A stretch of DNA of 64,000 nucleotides from Octopus sinensis (taxonomy: Eukaryota): positions 57,908,001 through 57,972,000 of the forward strand of contig NC_043007.1 in the NCBI RefSeq assembly GCF_006345805.1, given 5' to 3'. Shown in pieces: positions 1 through 12,237 of the stretch. Each line of letters begins with the position of its first letter. The first letter of the stretch is position 1. The notes under the pieces are model-generated. The model did not search any database, was not told the origin of the DNA, and saw nothing but the letters and a program-made list of their open reading frames with translations. The position numbers and the translations under genes are program-made.

Positions 1-32
1 AGGTTAAATAAAAGAGAAACATGTTTATTGTT

Positions 33-189
33 AGGAGTGGTTGTGCGGTAAGAAGCTTGCTTCCTAACCACATGGTGCTGGGTTCAGTCCTATTGCGTGC
101 CACCTCGGGCAAGTGTCTTCTTCTGTAGTCTCAGGCCGACTAAAGCCTTGTGAGTGGATTTGGTAAACGGAAACAGAGAGAATCCCCGT

Positions 190-236
<47 letters not shown>

Positions 237-305
237 ATATATATATAGATAGATAGATACATTCATACATACATACATACATACATACATACATACATAC
301 ATACA

Positions 306-336
<31 letters not shown>

Positions 337-467
337 GTATGTGTGTATTTGTGTATCTGTTTGTCCCCCTACCATGGCTGGACAACCGATGTTTTGCAGT
401 CAATTTATTCGACTAAAGATGGTGCTCCAGCATGGCCGCAGTCAAATGGCTGAAACAAGTAAAAGAA
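33..467 (+). mobile_element. tRNA-derived SINE, family A (head + internal microsatellite + conserved tail)
   Basis: A/B-box-like head (tggttgtgcgg...ggttcagtcc), (TA)/(TACA) tract, tail ggtgctccagcatggccgcagtcaaatggctgaaacaagtaaaagaa. Homologous copies occur at 5681, 27797, 28848 and 46771. Confidence 0.85.
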
Positions 468-639
468 AAATATATTAGCAATATGGCAGTGAATCTGGTC
501 TTGTATTTAAAGCAACAGACATGTTTCCCTTTTATTTAACCTCTTCCGCGGAGAAAATTCTGCTCAGTTGATGTATATAATTAGGACAATGGTTTTTCCG
601 AGAAGTTGTCTTCTAAGACTGTAAGCTTATAGCGGGACC

Positions 640-1521
640 TGAATTCGATATACAAGCGGGCTGAAATAAGCAACATGCAGTTTAATGCTGGAAAATTTCA
701 AGCACTGCACTGTCAACTCACGAATGCGCTACAGCCTGCATATACAAGATGCGAAAGCATTACAATCCCAGAGTCACTGGCAGTGAAAGACTTGAGCATC
801 AGCATATGCAATAACGCATCATTTTATATGCTTATTACCAAGATGGCAATAAAGTGCAACCAACTGGTAGGATGGATACTGAAGTCTTTCAAGACAAGAT
901 ACCCTGTGGAGAACCTTTGTTCTCAGCTGCCTGGGCTACTGCTGCCAGTAATGGTCACCACATGGTGCCAATCTAACAACAGAGCTTGAAAAAGCCCAAC
1001 TCTAAGTGATTGAAACACTGCAACGGATGAGTTACAAGGATAAGCTGAGAAAATTGCAACTTTACTCCCTGGAGCGATGGCGTGACAGATATGTTAATAA
1101 TCTTCATATATAAAATTCTAGAAGGGCTAGTACCTGAATTCGGCATTGAGTGTTATACAAATGCCAGACCTGACCGCCATTGTACTGTACTAAAGGTACC
1201 AACAACTCCATCCAAATTCAGGGTCAGGTACCGCAAAACTCTTGGATTCAAAGGCCCACAGTTCTTCAATTCCCTGCCACAAAAATTATGAAAACTGCAT
1301 AAGGTGGAAGTAGATGTCTTCAAAAAAGGAACTAGACATCTTCCTCTCTACAATACTGGATGAGCCAACAGCCCATAAGGTGCAGACAGGGCCAGCGGAA
1401 TCAAACTCCCTTATTCACCAAATGGGCCAACAGCTGGGACAAAGACATAGGAGTGGTGATAAGAAACTCCCCCAGACTGAGGGAACCAGAAAGACCACGG
1501 TCGTGCTCCAGCATGACCGCA
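640..1521 (+). mobile_element. 3' fragment of a CR1/L2-group (jockey-like RT) non-LTR retrotransposon, frameshifted
   Basis: C-terminal ORF2 motifs spread over several frames: MQFNAGKFQALH, GWILKSFKTR, YKILEGLVP, GFKGPQFFNSLP, KKELDIFL, AESNSLIHQ. Homologous to 44990-46530. Confidence 0.8.
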
Positions 1522-3707
1522 TCCTTGCTACATCCTTCCTACATCCTTGCTACATTCACCCATCTTTTTTTTAAAACATTCACTAGACAAAACTTGCCTC
1601 TCTACTCTCATTTTCCTCTTCAAGTGATACTTGAAGAAGTTGATGAGAGATTGACCAGAGAGGAAACTGTTTGTCTCTAATCCTTTCAGGCGCGTCCACC
1701 AGATACATTCTTTCGCCATAGCCACAAGTATGATAAAAATAGCTCTTCCTTCCCGTTTGAAGGAAGGAGGCGTGACGATATTAACGATAGACTCGGCTGA
1801 TAAACCGACACGTCCCACATGTGACAGCAGTCGTTCGACATAAGCCCACAGGTCGGAGATTGTTGGACACTGTACGATTGCGTGCAGAACGGTTTCGTCG
1901 CTCTGCCCGCATCTCGGGCAGGTCGGCTCCGTGTTTCTCGAGCCATGCCTATAGGGCTTATCCCGAACGGGTAGCGCTTCTCGGTAGCACTGCCAGGCCA
2001 GGGATCTCTGGAAGTTGTCCATAGGTTACGACCCGAAAGTCGTTTTAAACAGGCGGGTCAGGTATTCCTCGTCGACGCCCAGGTTTGCCCCAAGATCGTC
2101 GTCGTACGTCCCCTCCACTAATCCCCTATAAAATGCTTTGGTTGTGTTGAAATCACTCAAGGTCGACCCGGGACGGCAGAGTTGCTTGAGAGCAACGCGA
2201 CACTCGCGATGCCATTCGCCCTTCCTCGGCCTCTTTTTGATCCACGACTGCAGTTCGGTCATGGAGACGAGCTGCGGGAACGCGTGCCTCACAAACGGCG
2301 ACCACACCTGTTCAGCGTCGTCTACATAGAGCCGGAGATGTCGCAGTCTCAGCGCCTGTCTGCGTATCATCAACCACAGCATGCCCAGCCCTCCTTTTAA
2401 CGGGTGTTGACAGCAAATGGATCGCCTGACCATCGGGACGCATCCTTTCCACAAGAAGCGAAAGAGAATACGTTCTAGTTTGGTGATGGTAGGGTCGGGA
2501 CAAGGTACGACTGTCAGGCGGTAGTAGATGATGGACACGATGTACGTGTTCGCCACCTCCGACCGACCTTTTAGGGACAGTTTTCTCTCGGCCCATTACC
2601 GGGCGAGAGTGACCATCCTACTCGTTATCTCGTTCCAGTTCTCCGTTTGGAGGTCCGGACCGAACCAGACCCCGAGCAACTCAACCGGGCCGACCGTCCA
2701 GCGTCCCACGACGGAGGTGCTGGTGGACGGCATGGGCTTGCTTCTCCAGGTGCCGATCCGCAAGCCCACTGACTTTTCCCGGTTGATTTTCGCTCCTGTC
2801 ATCGCTTCGTTGTCTTTCATTGTCTCGCCGACCAGCTCGATGTGCTCGTGGCTTGACACTATGACGGTGACGTCGTCCGCGTATGCAGACACGCTCGTCC
2901 CGCATCCCAATTCTCGCGGGATGCCACTCAGAGTCGCCAGCTTCCACAGTAGTGACTTCCGCAGTAGAGTCAATACGTATAGAAGCGACGAGAGGGGGCA
3001 TCCGACGGACCGAACGTGCAATGTCGAAAGGTCTCGATAGATGTCCATTTACGCGAATTACCGAACGGATGCCTCTGTACAAAGCAGCTATCCAGCCGCG
3101 GAAGACGGGACCGAAACCAGCTGCTCTGAGGACTGCCTCCAAGTAACGATGGTCTACCCTATCGAAGGCTTTCGATTGATCCAAATTGATCAGGGCCCCA
3201 CCCATGCCAAGTTCCTTAACTACTCTGTCCATGATGTAGCGCATCAGATGGAGGTTGTCATGGATGCTCCGGCCCGGCACGGCGCACGTTTGTGCGTTGT
3301 CGACCAGTTTCTCGATGACAAGCGCCAACCTCTTGGCTAACACCTTGGTCAAAATTTTCAGGTCTGCATTCAGCAGTGTGATTGGCCTAAAGTTATCTAT
3401 AATGTCCCCCTTGTTTGGATCTTTCTTCAGCAGCATTACGGCTCCTCGACTCACAAAACCGGTTATGCTCCCGTTTTGCTGCCAGTTGCAGTATACCGCT
3501 GCCAAGACGTCTCCAAACAAGTCTGGCATACAATTGTAAAACTCGTAGGGAAGACCATCCAAACCCGGCGATTTGTCTCTCGAGCATTCTGCCATTGCGT
3601 CCCGCACATCCGCCGCCGTGATGGCACCTTCGCAGCACTCTGCCTCTCTTGCCGAGAGTCGTGGCAGGCTGTGCAGGTAGGCACTGAAGTCCACCCTGCG
3701 TTCACGC

Positions 3708-3708
<1 letters not shown>
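1521..3708 (-). mobile_element. Tx1/L1-clade LINE copy 1 (RT + C-terminal zf-RVT region; 5' and 3' truncated)
   Basis: KSPGLDGLP, NFRPITLLNADLKIL, LDQSKAFDRVDH, GCPLS, AYADDV and CPRCGQSDETVLHAIVQC motifs, with frameshifts. Confidence 0.92.
2596..3694 (-). pseudogene. Reverse transcriptase domain of Tx1-like ORF2, frameshifted near 3040
   Basis: ORFs 2681..3694 and 2596..3048 together cover the RT motifs, including YADD. Confidence 0.88.

Positions 3709-3795
<87 letters not shown>
3709..3795. repeat. (GATA)n microsatellite abutting the 5' junction of Tx1 copy 1
   Basis: Direct reading. Confidence 0.95.
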
Positions 3796-3797
<2 letters not shown>

Positions 3798-4771
3798 AAA
3801 AATTAAAAGAAGAATATTACGAGAAACTGAAACTAAATGAGGTAAACTATTCAAAAAGGAAATTTAGAGAAAGGAAGAAAGAAAGAATGAAAGAAGGGAA
3901 GAAAGAAAAAAAAGAAAGAATGAAAGAAAGAAAGAAAGCTAAAAAGAAAGAAGAAATGAGAAAAAAAGAAAGAATGAATGAATGAATGAATGAAAGGGAA
4001 ATAAAAGAGGGAAACAAAACAAAAAAAAAAAAACAATGTCATGTTGTATTTCCCTATTACGGTGACAATTAATGCGTTATAATGTGAATATATCGAGATT
4101 GTTAGTTCGCGTCCGGTTGAATGGCTAGTTGGCTCCTTGTTCGATTCATTCGTTTCGTGTTTATTTATTTTTGTCTGATTGGTTGTTTGATTGTTTGTTT
4201 GACAGTGTCCATTTCTTTTTTGTCTGTTTTTGCATGTTTTTGTTTACGGCAAAGAATTTGATCGGATACACATTCAGTTTAGCGCGGCCGCCCATTAAAA
4301 TGGAGCTATGCCGTTCGCTAAACACCAAACATATGACGACGGCGCAGGGCAAAGGTTAAACAGGGAGAAGGAGAAAGAAAGAAGTAAAGAGAGAGAGAAA
4401 GAGACAGTGAGTGAGTGAGTGTGAGTGTGAGTGTGAGAAGTAAAGAGAGAGAGAAAGAGACAGTGAGTGAGTGAGTGTGAGTGCGAGGGAGAGTGAGAGA
4501 GAGGCAGAATGACGGAGGGACTGAAAAAACGAGAGGGGAAACAATGTAACCCGTAATTGGCGAAGAGGTGGGAGGTAAGGAGAGAGTGCAAGAAAGGGAA
4601 AGGAAGAAAGAGGGGGGGAGAAAAAAGGGAAAGCGGGGAAAATTAGGGCGGGAATATACATGTAGTAAAAAAGACAGAAAATGTTACGGGAAACGTGCGA
4701 CACATCATATACACAAATATATAAACACTCAATCCTCTTATGCATACTTAACATGCCTAAAACTACTTGAA

Positions 4772-4803
<32 letters not shown>

Positions 4804-4808
4804 GCACA

Positions 4809-4882
<74 letters not shown>

Positions 4883-4938
4883 AATCTATCTATCTATCTA
4901 TATATATCTATATATATATATTATATATATATATATAT

Positions 4939-4993
<55 letters not shown>

Positions 4994-5214
4994 GTGTACA
5001 TTTAAGCACATAAGAGATGACCATAATAGGACATCTGACTCACTAGAAAGAGCAGTTAAAATTCCAAGCCACTAATAGTTGCAACTCTGAAAGGGAATGA
5101 AAAATAAAAACATTTACCCTATGTTTCCTGCACTATGCATAGTTTCTGCAATCTTATATAAATTAAAATAAAATAGTTTTAATTTACAACTGGCGTTGCT
5201 TCGTCAGCAGGATA

Positions 5215-5408
5215 CCAGGGTTCACATATAGACACGAGGCGATAAAGAATTTTTATTAATGATAAAAGGCTTTTGGCTAATTTTGAAAGAAAATCGGAAC
5301 TTTATTTATTGCCGGATAGTTCCGCATTTGCGCGGAGGATTCGAAAAATTATAACATATAGACAGGAGGCATGTTTTTTATCGCCTCGTGTCTATATGTG
5401 AACCCTGG
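5215..5408. mobile_element. MITE-like element with 32-bp perfect inverted repeats
   Basis: ccagggttcacatatagacacgaggcgataaa (5215-5246) is the reverse complement of 5377-5408. Confidence 0.7.
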
Positions 5409-5424
5409 CATATATATATATATA

Positions 5425-5647
5425 TACGAAGATGTACTCGCATAGCAAGTAATTTGATCTGAGATCGTGTGCTGAAACGAAAACAATTGCAGAGTGGAAG
5501 GTGCTGCAGCACGGACTTTGTCAGTGAACAGGTCGCGGATTTTAGCGACGAAAATATTTTGACAAATTAAACTTAAATGTTGAAGTGAATCGAACGGCTT
5601 TTGTGTGTTTCTTAAATGGCTTATAAACACCTTCCACGCTGCAATTG

Positions 5648-5650
<3 letters not shown>
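5425..5650. mobile_element. Fold-back element with a degenerate hammerhead-like motif in the spacer (probably Penelope pLTR-derived)
   Basis: Arms 5482-5503 and 5628-5649 differ by one mismatch. Spacer reads ttgtca-gtgaaca-g-gtcgc..gcgac-gaaaatattt-tgacaa. Confidence 0.55.
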
Positions 5651-5680
<30 letters not shown>

Positions 5681-5684
<4 letters not shown>

Positions 5685-6057
5685 CTTTTATTTTTTACAT
5701 GCTTCAGTCAATTGACTGTAGCCATGCTGGAGTAACGCCTTTAGTCGAACAAATCGACCCCAGTTCTTATTCTTTGTGAGCTTAGTGCTTATTCTATTGG
5801 TTTCTTTAACCGAACCGTTGAGTTACGGGAGCATCAACACCCCAACATCGGTTTCAAGCGATAGCAGGGGGACAAATAGAGACACACAAAAACACACACA
5901 TATATATGTATATACACAAAGGGTTTCTTTCTGTTTCTGTCTACCAAATCCACTCAGAAGGCTTTGATCAGCCCGAGGTTATAGCAGGAGACACTTGAGA
6001 TAGGTGCCACGCAGTGGGACTGAACCCGGAACCATGTGGTTGGGAAGCAAGCTTTTT
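5681..6057 (-). mobile_element. SINE family A
   Basis: Reverse complement of the tail and head seen at 33-467. Confidence 0.85.
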
Positions 6058-6360
6058 TATTTCATATAATTTGCCATAAGGGCATCACACAGATAGAAGC
6101 TTTGCGGGCTGGACACGGACATTAATGGGATGAATGATAATGATGCAAAAATGATGATGATGGGAGAAAACGAAAACCGCCCGCCGACTTTCGCTTCTCT
6201 AAAACAATGTTCTTTTTTCCTTTTTCCCCCAAAACACAATGAGGCAATAAACCTCTTACTTAAACAACACAATGTTCAGAATTCTTTTTTCTTTTTTAAA
6301 ACACAATGAGGCTATAAACCTCGTACATTACACAAAAAGTCACATATTTCACATTTTGTA

Positions 6361-7830
6361 GACTCGTTCAGGTTATCCAACCGACCAGTATCCTCATTGA
6401 AGCATGTACTCGGTTCCAGGCCGGACCACACAGCCATAAATCTGTAGGAGTCCTCCGGGAAGGAATTCATGATCCTGCACAGATCACTATCTCATAGGAC
6501 CTCCGCAGCCACCTGCGAAGGCCACTCAGGGTCCTCCGTGCAGGACAGAAGTCCCTCCCTTCGGCCCCCTCCTTTCCATTTTCTTGACTACATTTGTGGA
6601 AGAGGACTACAAATTCATCCTCCAGCGGCACACCCGCCGGAGGAGAATTGGGACACGCCGGCAGCGTGTCACAACCCGCCGGCAATGTCCCGTTTTTCTT
6701 CTTTCTTTTTTTCTTTTGCCCTTGGGCCACGAGAGAGTGAGGTTCCTGTGATGCGTGCAGCAGGTCCTCCTTTTCTCCCGCAGCCCTCGGGTCCTTCGGT
6801 GGGCTACCATTGTTGCCCACCTTTCGTTTTCATTTTTTCGAGGAGGTGGAAACCTCGTCATCCTCCTCCTTCTCTCCCTCCATTGAGGGAGCAGGGAGAG
6901 ATTCCACTATTAACTGCTCCAGGATCCTATTTTGGTTCTTGGGGCAGTATTTCTTAATGTGGCCGGTCTCCAGGCACAGGTGACACTCGGGGGCGGGGGC
7001 GTCCCTCGAGCATCACCGGATACCTAGACCCGGCCATCTTAAAAAATCTGGAAAGATCAGACTTTCGGCTGATTGGGTCCATAGGGTCAAAACAGCTTTT
7101 GACCCCTCCCAATCAACCGCAGGCAAGATTTTCACATTAAGCAGCTTGGTACTGCTACCACCCAGACCCCGGGCTCAATTCCGGGTGACAAACCGCAGAC
7201 CCAAGCCCTCAATAATTTCTTTCCACAATAGCTAAGAAGGAACATGATTTCCTTGCCCTCAAGGGGCCGGCTTGCAAAATCGCAAGCTTCTTGGGGGGAG
7301 TCAAATAGCAACCAGACCGTTGCATACTTGACTCCCCGTGAAATGAATTTAATGGCTGTCATGTAATCTGCCAGCTCTTTCAAAATTGTGGCCTTCGAGA
7401 AGATGGTTATGGTGTCGAGCGACTTTGAATAAGTCCTCAACACCACCGTCTTCCTTTCGAGCTCTTTCATCCATTTTTGGGGAGATGTTAAGTCCCACAC
7501 AAGAAATTCCTTCGCCATTTAAAAAAAAGTTCAAATATAGTTCAAAGTGTAAAATAAAGAAAGACACAAAAAAACGAAGAAGGAAAGACACAACAGAAGG
7601 GAAGAAATAAAATAAAAATAACAGTTCAAATAAAGTTCTTTTTTTTTTTTAGATAAATGAAAGCTTTGAAAAAGAGAGTTCAAATCCTGGCAAAGAAATT
7701 AATTTTCGGCCGAAAAGGTACTCCTGGCCAATAATCCACAAGGAAAACACAATTTCTCACAATTATGTGAGAAAACACTCACGTCTCCACCGCAAGGCAG
7801 ACAAAAAGCTCCGAATCCAGTCAAGACTCC
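6361..7830 (-). mobile_element. Tx1-like ORF1 (gag-like) fragment with 5' UTR, disrupted
   Basis: CCHC zinc knuckle ECHLCLETGHIKKYCP at about 6945-6995. ORF 7132..7518 aligns by eye with the ORF1 remnant at about 22560-22920. Confidence 0.75.
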
Positions 7831-7920
7831 TTGCTAGTACAAAAAAAATTAAAACTTCAAGCAACAAATCCTACTGGACTCAAAGAGCAAAACGTCTTAC
7901 CTTACAGTAGAGCGTCTTTT

Positions 7921-8000
7921 AATTTTCGCCAGCTGCACACCAGCGTGACGCCTTCAATTCAATTTTCGAAAGCTGAACACCAGCGTGACGACTTCAACAG
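7921..8000. repeat. Two tandem 40-bp units upstream of the Tx1 ORF1 fragment
   Basis: aattttcgccagctgcacaccagcgtgacgccttcaattc / aattttcgaaagctgaacaccagcgtgacgacttcaacag. Confidence 0.85.
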
Positions 8001-8020
8001 GCAAGTGAAGAACAACTAAC

Positions 8021-8070
8021 AACCGGAACCGGAAGCAAGCTTCTTACCACACGACTACTCCTGCACCTAT
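8021..8070 (-). mobile_element. SINE family A head fragment with internal deletion
   Basis: ccggaacc|ggaagcaagcttcttaccacac matches the minus-strand SINE-A head ends at about 6025-6057 and 29208-29258. Confidence 0.65.
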
Positions 8071-8452
8071 ATATATATATGCATATATATATAAATATAT
8101 ATATACTTTGATACTTTGATACTTTGATAGGTTTCGGCCATTATTGGCCCAGGCCATGTCTAACTTAATAGCACCACCTGGTAAAAAATATATATATAAT
8201 ATATATATATATATAATATATATATATACAGCCACATAATTAAAAAACTGACTAAAAGACAAGAAAAGAACAACATGAGGACGTAGCACATGTAAAGTAT
8301 TAATAAGACGCTCAGAGAAGGAAAAGAGTGGTTGTTTTACGTTCGGAAGCAGGAAATATAGGAAAGTCTAGAGGAAAAAGGAGGAGGAAGACAATTACCA
8401 ACAGTCCACTTATAGTTACATTTTTGACAACACACACACATACATACATACA

Positions 8453-8504
<52 letters not shown>

Positions 8505-8554
8505 CATACATATATATATATATATTATATATATATATATATTATATATATACA

Positions 8555-8586
<32 letters not shown>

Positions 8587-8855
8587 AAATAATCAGAAAA
8601 CGGAGAAAACCTCAGATTAACAAACATCGATTGGACCACATTTATAGCTTATTTTTTAATATACAAAGCATGACATAACAAGTAGGTGAGGTAGCAAACC
8701 TTACGGCCGTTTCCGCTTGGAAACGGATGCGGAAACAGTCGTAATGTTATGTTACCTACTTGTTATGTCATGCTTTGTATATTAAAAATAAGCTATAAAT
8801 GTGGTCCAATCGATGTGTTTATTAATCTGAGGTTTTCTCCATTTTCTGATTATTT
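8587..8855. mobile_element. Fold-back element, about 100-bp arms and 66-bp spacer
   Basis: 8587-8687 is nearly the reverse complement of 8754-8855. Inner hairpin ccgtttcc-gctt-ggaaacgg. Confidence 0.8.
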
Positions 8856-9196
8856 TTATTTGTTTCCTGATAAACTCTTGTTTATCGTGCTGTTATCTGC
8901 ACTCTACGTGCATAGTGTGCCTGCACACCAATGCCCGAAGATAACACGGGTAACGGATACCGATAGTACATACGGATATTTTATCCCTTAGTCGGTTATT
9001 ACACCGGCTAACTCTGCACTATATATATATATATTTGGTGCATATACACACGAGTGCTCGTACATATTCGAAATCACTCACTCTCTCTCTCCCCCTTTCT
9101 ATCTCCGTCACATACACACGCACACATAAAAGTAGTCACACACACATATATATACTTATATATACACGCAGCTAACTAGCTAGCTAGCTAGCTAGC

Positions 9197-9272
<76 letters not shown>

Positions 9273-9301
9273 CAGATAGACAGACAGACAGACAGGCAGA
9301 C

Positions 9302-9354
<53 letters not shown>

Positions 9355-9355
9355 T

Positions 9356-9408
<53 letters not shown>

Positions 9409-9875
9409 TAGACATAGGCAGAGTCGCAATTTGCCGGACAGATATAAAGATAGCTAGGTAGATGAATGGAGAGACAGGAGAAAAGAGAAGACGAAGTTAC
9501 ACGAGAGAGTGAGGAAAAGGTTCAAAGTTTGTAAGGAATAGAAAAACAAAGTAATTAGGGGTGGGAGGTGGTGCGGAAGTAATTGTGAGCGTGAAGGGAG
9601 AGAGAGAGAGAGAGAGAGAGGACGCAAAAGTTAGAGAAGAGTAGAGGGGAAATCAGAAAGAAAGCAAAAGTTTAGTGAGAAAATGAATGAATGAGAGACA
9701 GGCAGACAGACAGAGAAAGCCAAAGAGGGAAAGTGAGATGGAAGAAGAACAAGCGAAAGAATAATGATGAAAGAAATACGGCAAGAATGGGAGAACACAT
9801 AGAATGGGGAAAAGACGAAAATGAGAGATAGACGGATAAAGAGTGTGCGTATGAGAGAAGGAGGAGGAGGAGAAG

Positions 9876-9986
9876 ACGAAAAAGAAGAAGAAGAAGAAGA
9901 AGAAGAAGAAGAAGGGGGAAGAGGAGGAGAAGACGAAGAAGAAGAAGAAGAAGAAGAAGAAGAAGAAGAAGAAGAAGAAGAAGAAG
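9876..9986. repeat. (GAA)n/(GGA)n microsatellite
   Basis: Direct reading. Confidence 0.9.
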
Positions 9987-10411
9987 ATCATCATCATCCT
10001 CGTCATGTGAAGATGTGGAGAGGAAGATGATGTTTGAGATGTAATGAGAATAATGAAAGCGAGATAGGAAAGGGGGTGATAACCATAAAGAAGGCGTCTT
10101 TGTGTGGTTAAGGAATAGTCGCCAGAAAATAATTATATTTGCCAGACGACCAATGTACTGTAAAGGTTATGGAGAATAATAAAAACAGAGACGGACGTGG
10201 GCTTGGTAGTTAGAGAGACAGAGAAAAAGACAGAGAGAGAAAGAAAGAGAGAGAGAAAGGTTGTGAAATGGATGGAAATGGGTAGCAAAGATTTGGGTTG
10301 TGTGTGTGTACATTTGTATGCATGTATGGTTGGATAGATGGACTGATGGATGGATGGACTGAACGATGCGAAGTAATGCTATGTATGCATGTATGTATGT
10401 ATGTATGTTGT

Positions 10412-10511
10412 NNNNNNNNNNNNNNNNNNNNNNNNNNNNNNNNNNNNNNNNNNNNNNNNNNNNNNNNNNNNNNNNNNNNNNNNNNNNNNNNNNNNNNNNN
10501 NNNNNNNNNNN
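10412..10511. other. Assembly gap (100 N)
   Basis: Run of N. Confidence 0.99.
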
Positions 10512-10609
10512 GAGGAGGGCGGTGATGGAGAGAGAGAATAAGAGAAAGAGAGTGAAAGAAAGAGACAGAGTGAAAATGATGAAAGAATTATGTAATGGTG
10601 AAGGCAAAG

Positions 10610-10710
10610 TTGATCTCAGTAGCATTTGATTTCTGAACGTAAAGACGTATGAAATGCAGCGAAGCATTTGGTCCGGCATACTAACGATTCTGCTAGCACG
10701 ACGCCTTAGA
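10610..10710 (-). mobile_element. SINE family B head fragment
   Basis: gaacgtaaagacg...gcatt..ccggc..ctaacgattctgc..gcc is shared with 23771-24107 and 31131-31221. Confidence 0.65.
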
Positions 10711-10808
10711 TAAGTTATAAAAAATAGCATACGGTTAATTGGTTAGAGAGTTTTAATAGAACAGTTGATGGCTACCCATACACACATATACACACACACT
10801 CATACACA

Positions 10809-10847
<39 letters not shown>

Positions 10848-10877
10848 TATATATATGATATATATATATATAGATAT

Positions 10878-10908
<31 letters not shown>

Positions 10909-11006
10909 TATATTATATTATATTATATTATATTATATTATTTATATTAATTATATTATATATATTTTTCACATACACACATACACACCCGCATGCATAT
11001 ATATAT

Positions 11007-11448
11007 GGAAAAAGAGTCAAGGTAGAAAATGCTAAAATAATTTTATAAGAAACATTTCAGTACCGGTTTCAGTCATTGAGACTTTTTCAACTGTAAGTAT
11101 GGAAAACAATTAAATTTTGGAAAAACTAAAAGAAAAGTTTTTTTTAAAGAATATTTGCATAATATTCAAATACAAGGAGCATTTTTCTGGTTTCTGCCTG
11201 TCTCTGTCTCTCTTGTTTACTCTTTGAAACCACAAGACAATACAAGAGAGACAGAGACAGGCAGAAACAAGGAAAAACACCTTGTATTTGAATACTATGC
11301 AAATATTCTTTTAAAAACTTTTCATTTAATTTTTCCAAAGTTTAACTTTTTCCATTCTTACAGTTGAAAAAGTCTCAATGACCGAAACCGGTACTGAAAT
11401 GTTTTTTTATAAAATTATTGTAGCATTTTCTACCTTGACTATTTTTCC
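11007..11448. mobile_element. Long fold-back, about 210-bp arms and 25-bp spacer, with a degenerate hammerhead-like motif in each arm
   Basis: 11007-11216 versus 11242-11448 inverted. Motif cag-ttgaaaa-a-gtc..gac-c-gaaaccggta-ctg at 11361-11396. Confidence 0.8.
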
Positions 11449-11491
11449 ATATATATATATAATCAACTCAAGCATTCCTAATCTTCTACAT

Positions 11492-11558
<67 letters not shown>

Positions 11559-11581
11559 TTTACACACAACACACAACGCAC

Positions 11582-11616
<35 letters not shown>

Positions 11617-11964
11617 TACACACATATATATATATATTTACACACACACACACGCACACACATATATATATAAATAAACATATATACACACATACATACA
11701 TACAACAGTTAGACAGACGTACATACACACATGCATACATACATACATACATACAGACAGACAGATATACATACACATATACATACATATGACTAAAACA
11801 TATTCCGATCGAAGAACAGTTCTGGAAGGCAACGCCAGAAGTTTAATTTAATCATTAATTTTTGAAAGGTCAGGAGTGACTCAGATTTTCAACAACAAAG
11901 TGAGTATTGCGATCATCCCTCGTTCTATTGTGTGTGTGTGTGCGTGTCAGTGCGTGTATATATA

Positions 11965-12008
<44 letters not shown>

Positions 12009-12237
12009 TGTGTGAGTGTAAATGAGTGGCATAAAATGTGAATTCAGAGAAGCATTCAGCTTTCACAGTGATCTGATAAGTCAGGTTTCTTTATTTGATA
12101 AATTTGTTAATATACATATTAGGGGAAACATATACGCACATTTTCTTTCATGACACATAACTGCTGTAATCTTATTGAAGTCACTTGATTAAATACAAAT
12201 CAATTTCTCATACGTCTTGCTGTTTTGTATGTATATA

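Noticed and set aside
2681-3694. Intact or active reverse transcriptase gene
   Set aside because: Frameshift before the YADD motif, further frameshifts and stops downstream, and no endonuclease or ORF1 attached.
6231-6325. Duplicated 25-bp unit with AATAAA in a small hairpin
   Set aside because: Only two short copies, the second lacks AATAAA, and there is no associated transcript evidence.
7132-7518. Domesticated gag-like host gene
   Set aside because: The frame breaks before the zinc knuckle and there are in-frame stops downstream.
8021-8040. Tandem ETS-like CCGGAA sites as a housekeeping promoter
   Set aside because: Explained by an internally deleted SINE-A head.
9821-10030. Poly-Glu ORF
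   Set aside because: (GAA)n microsatellite.
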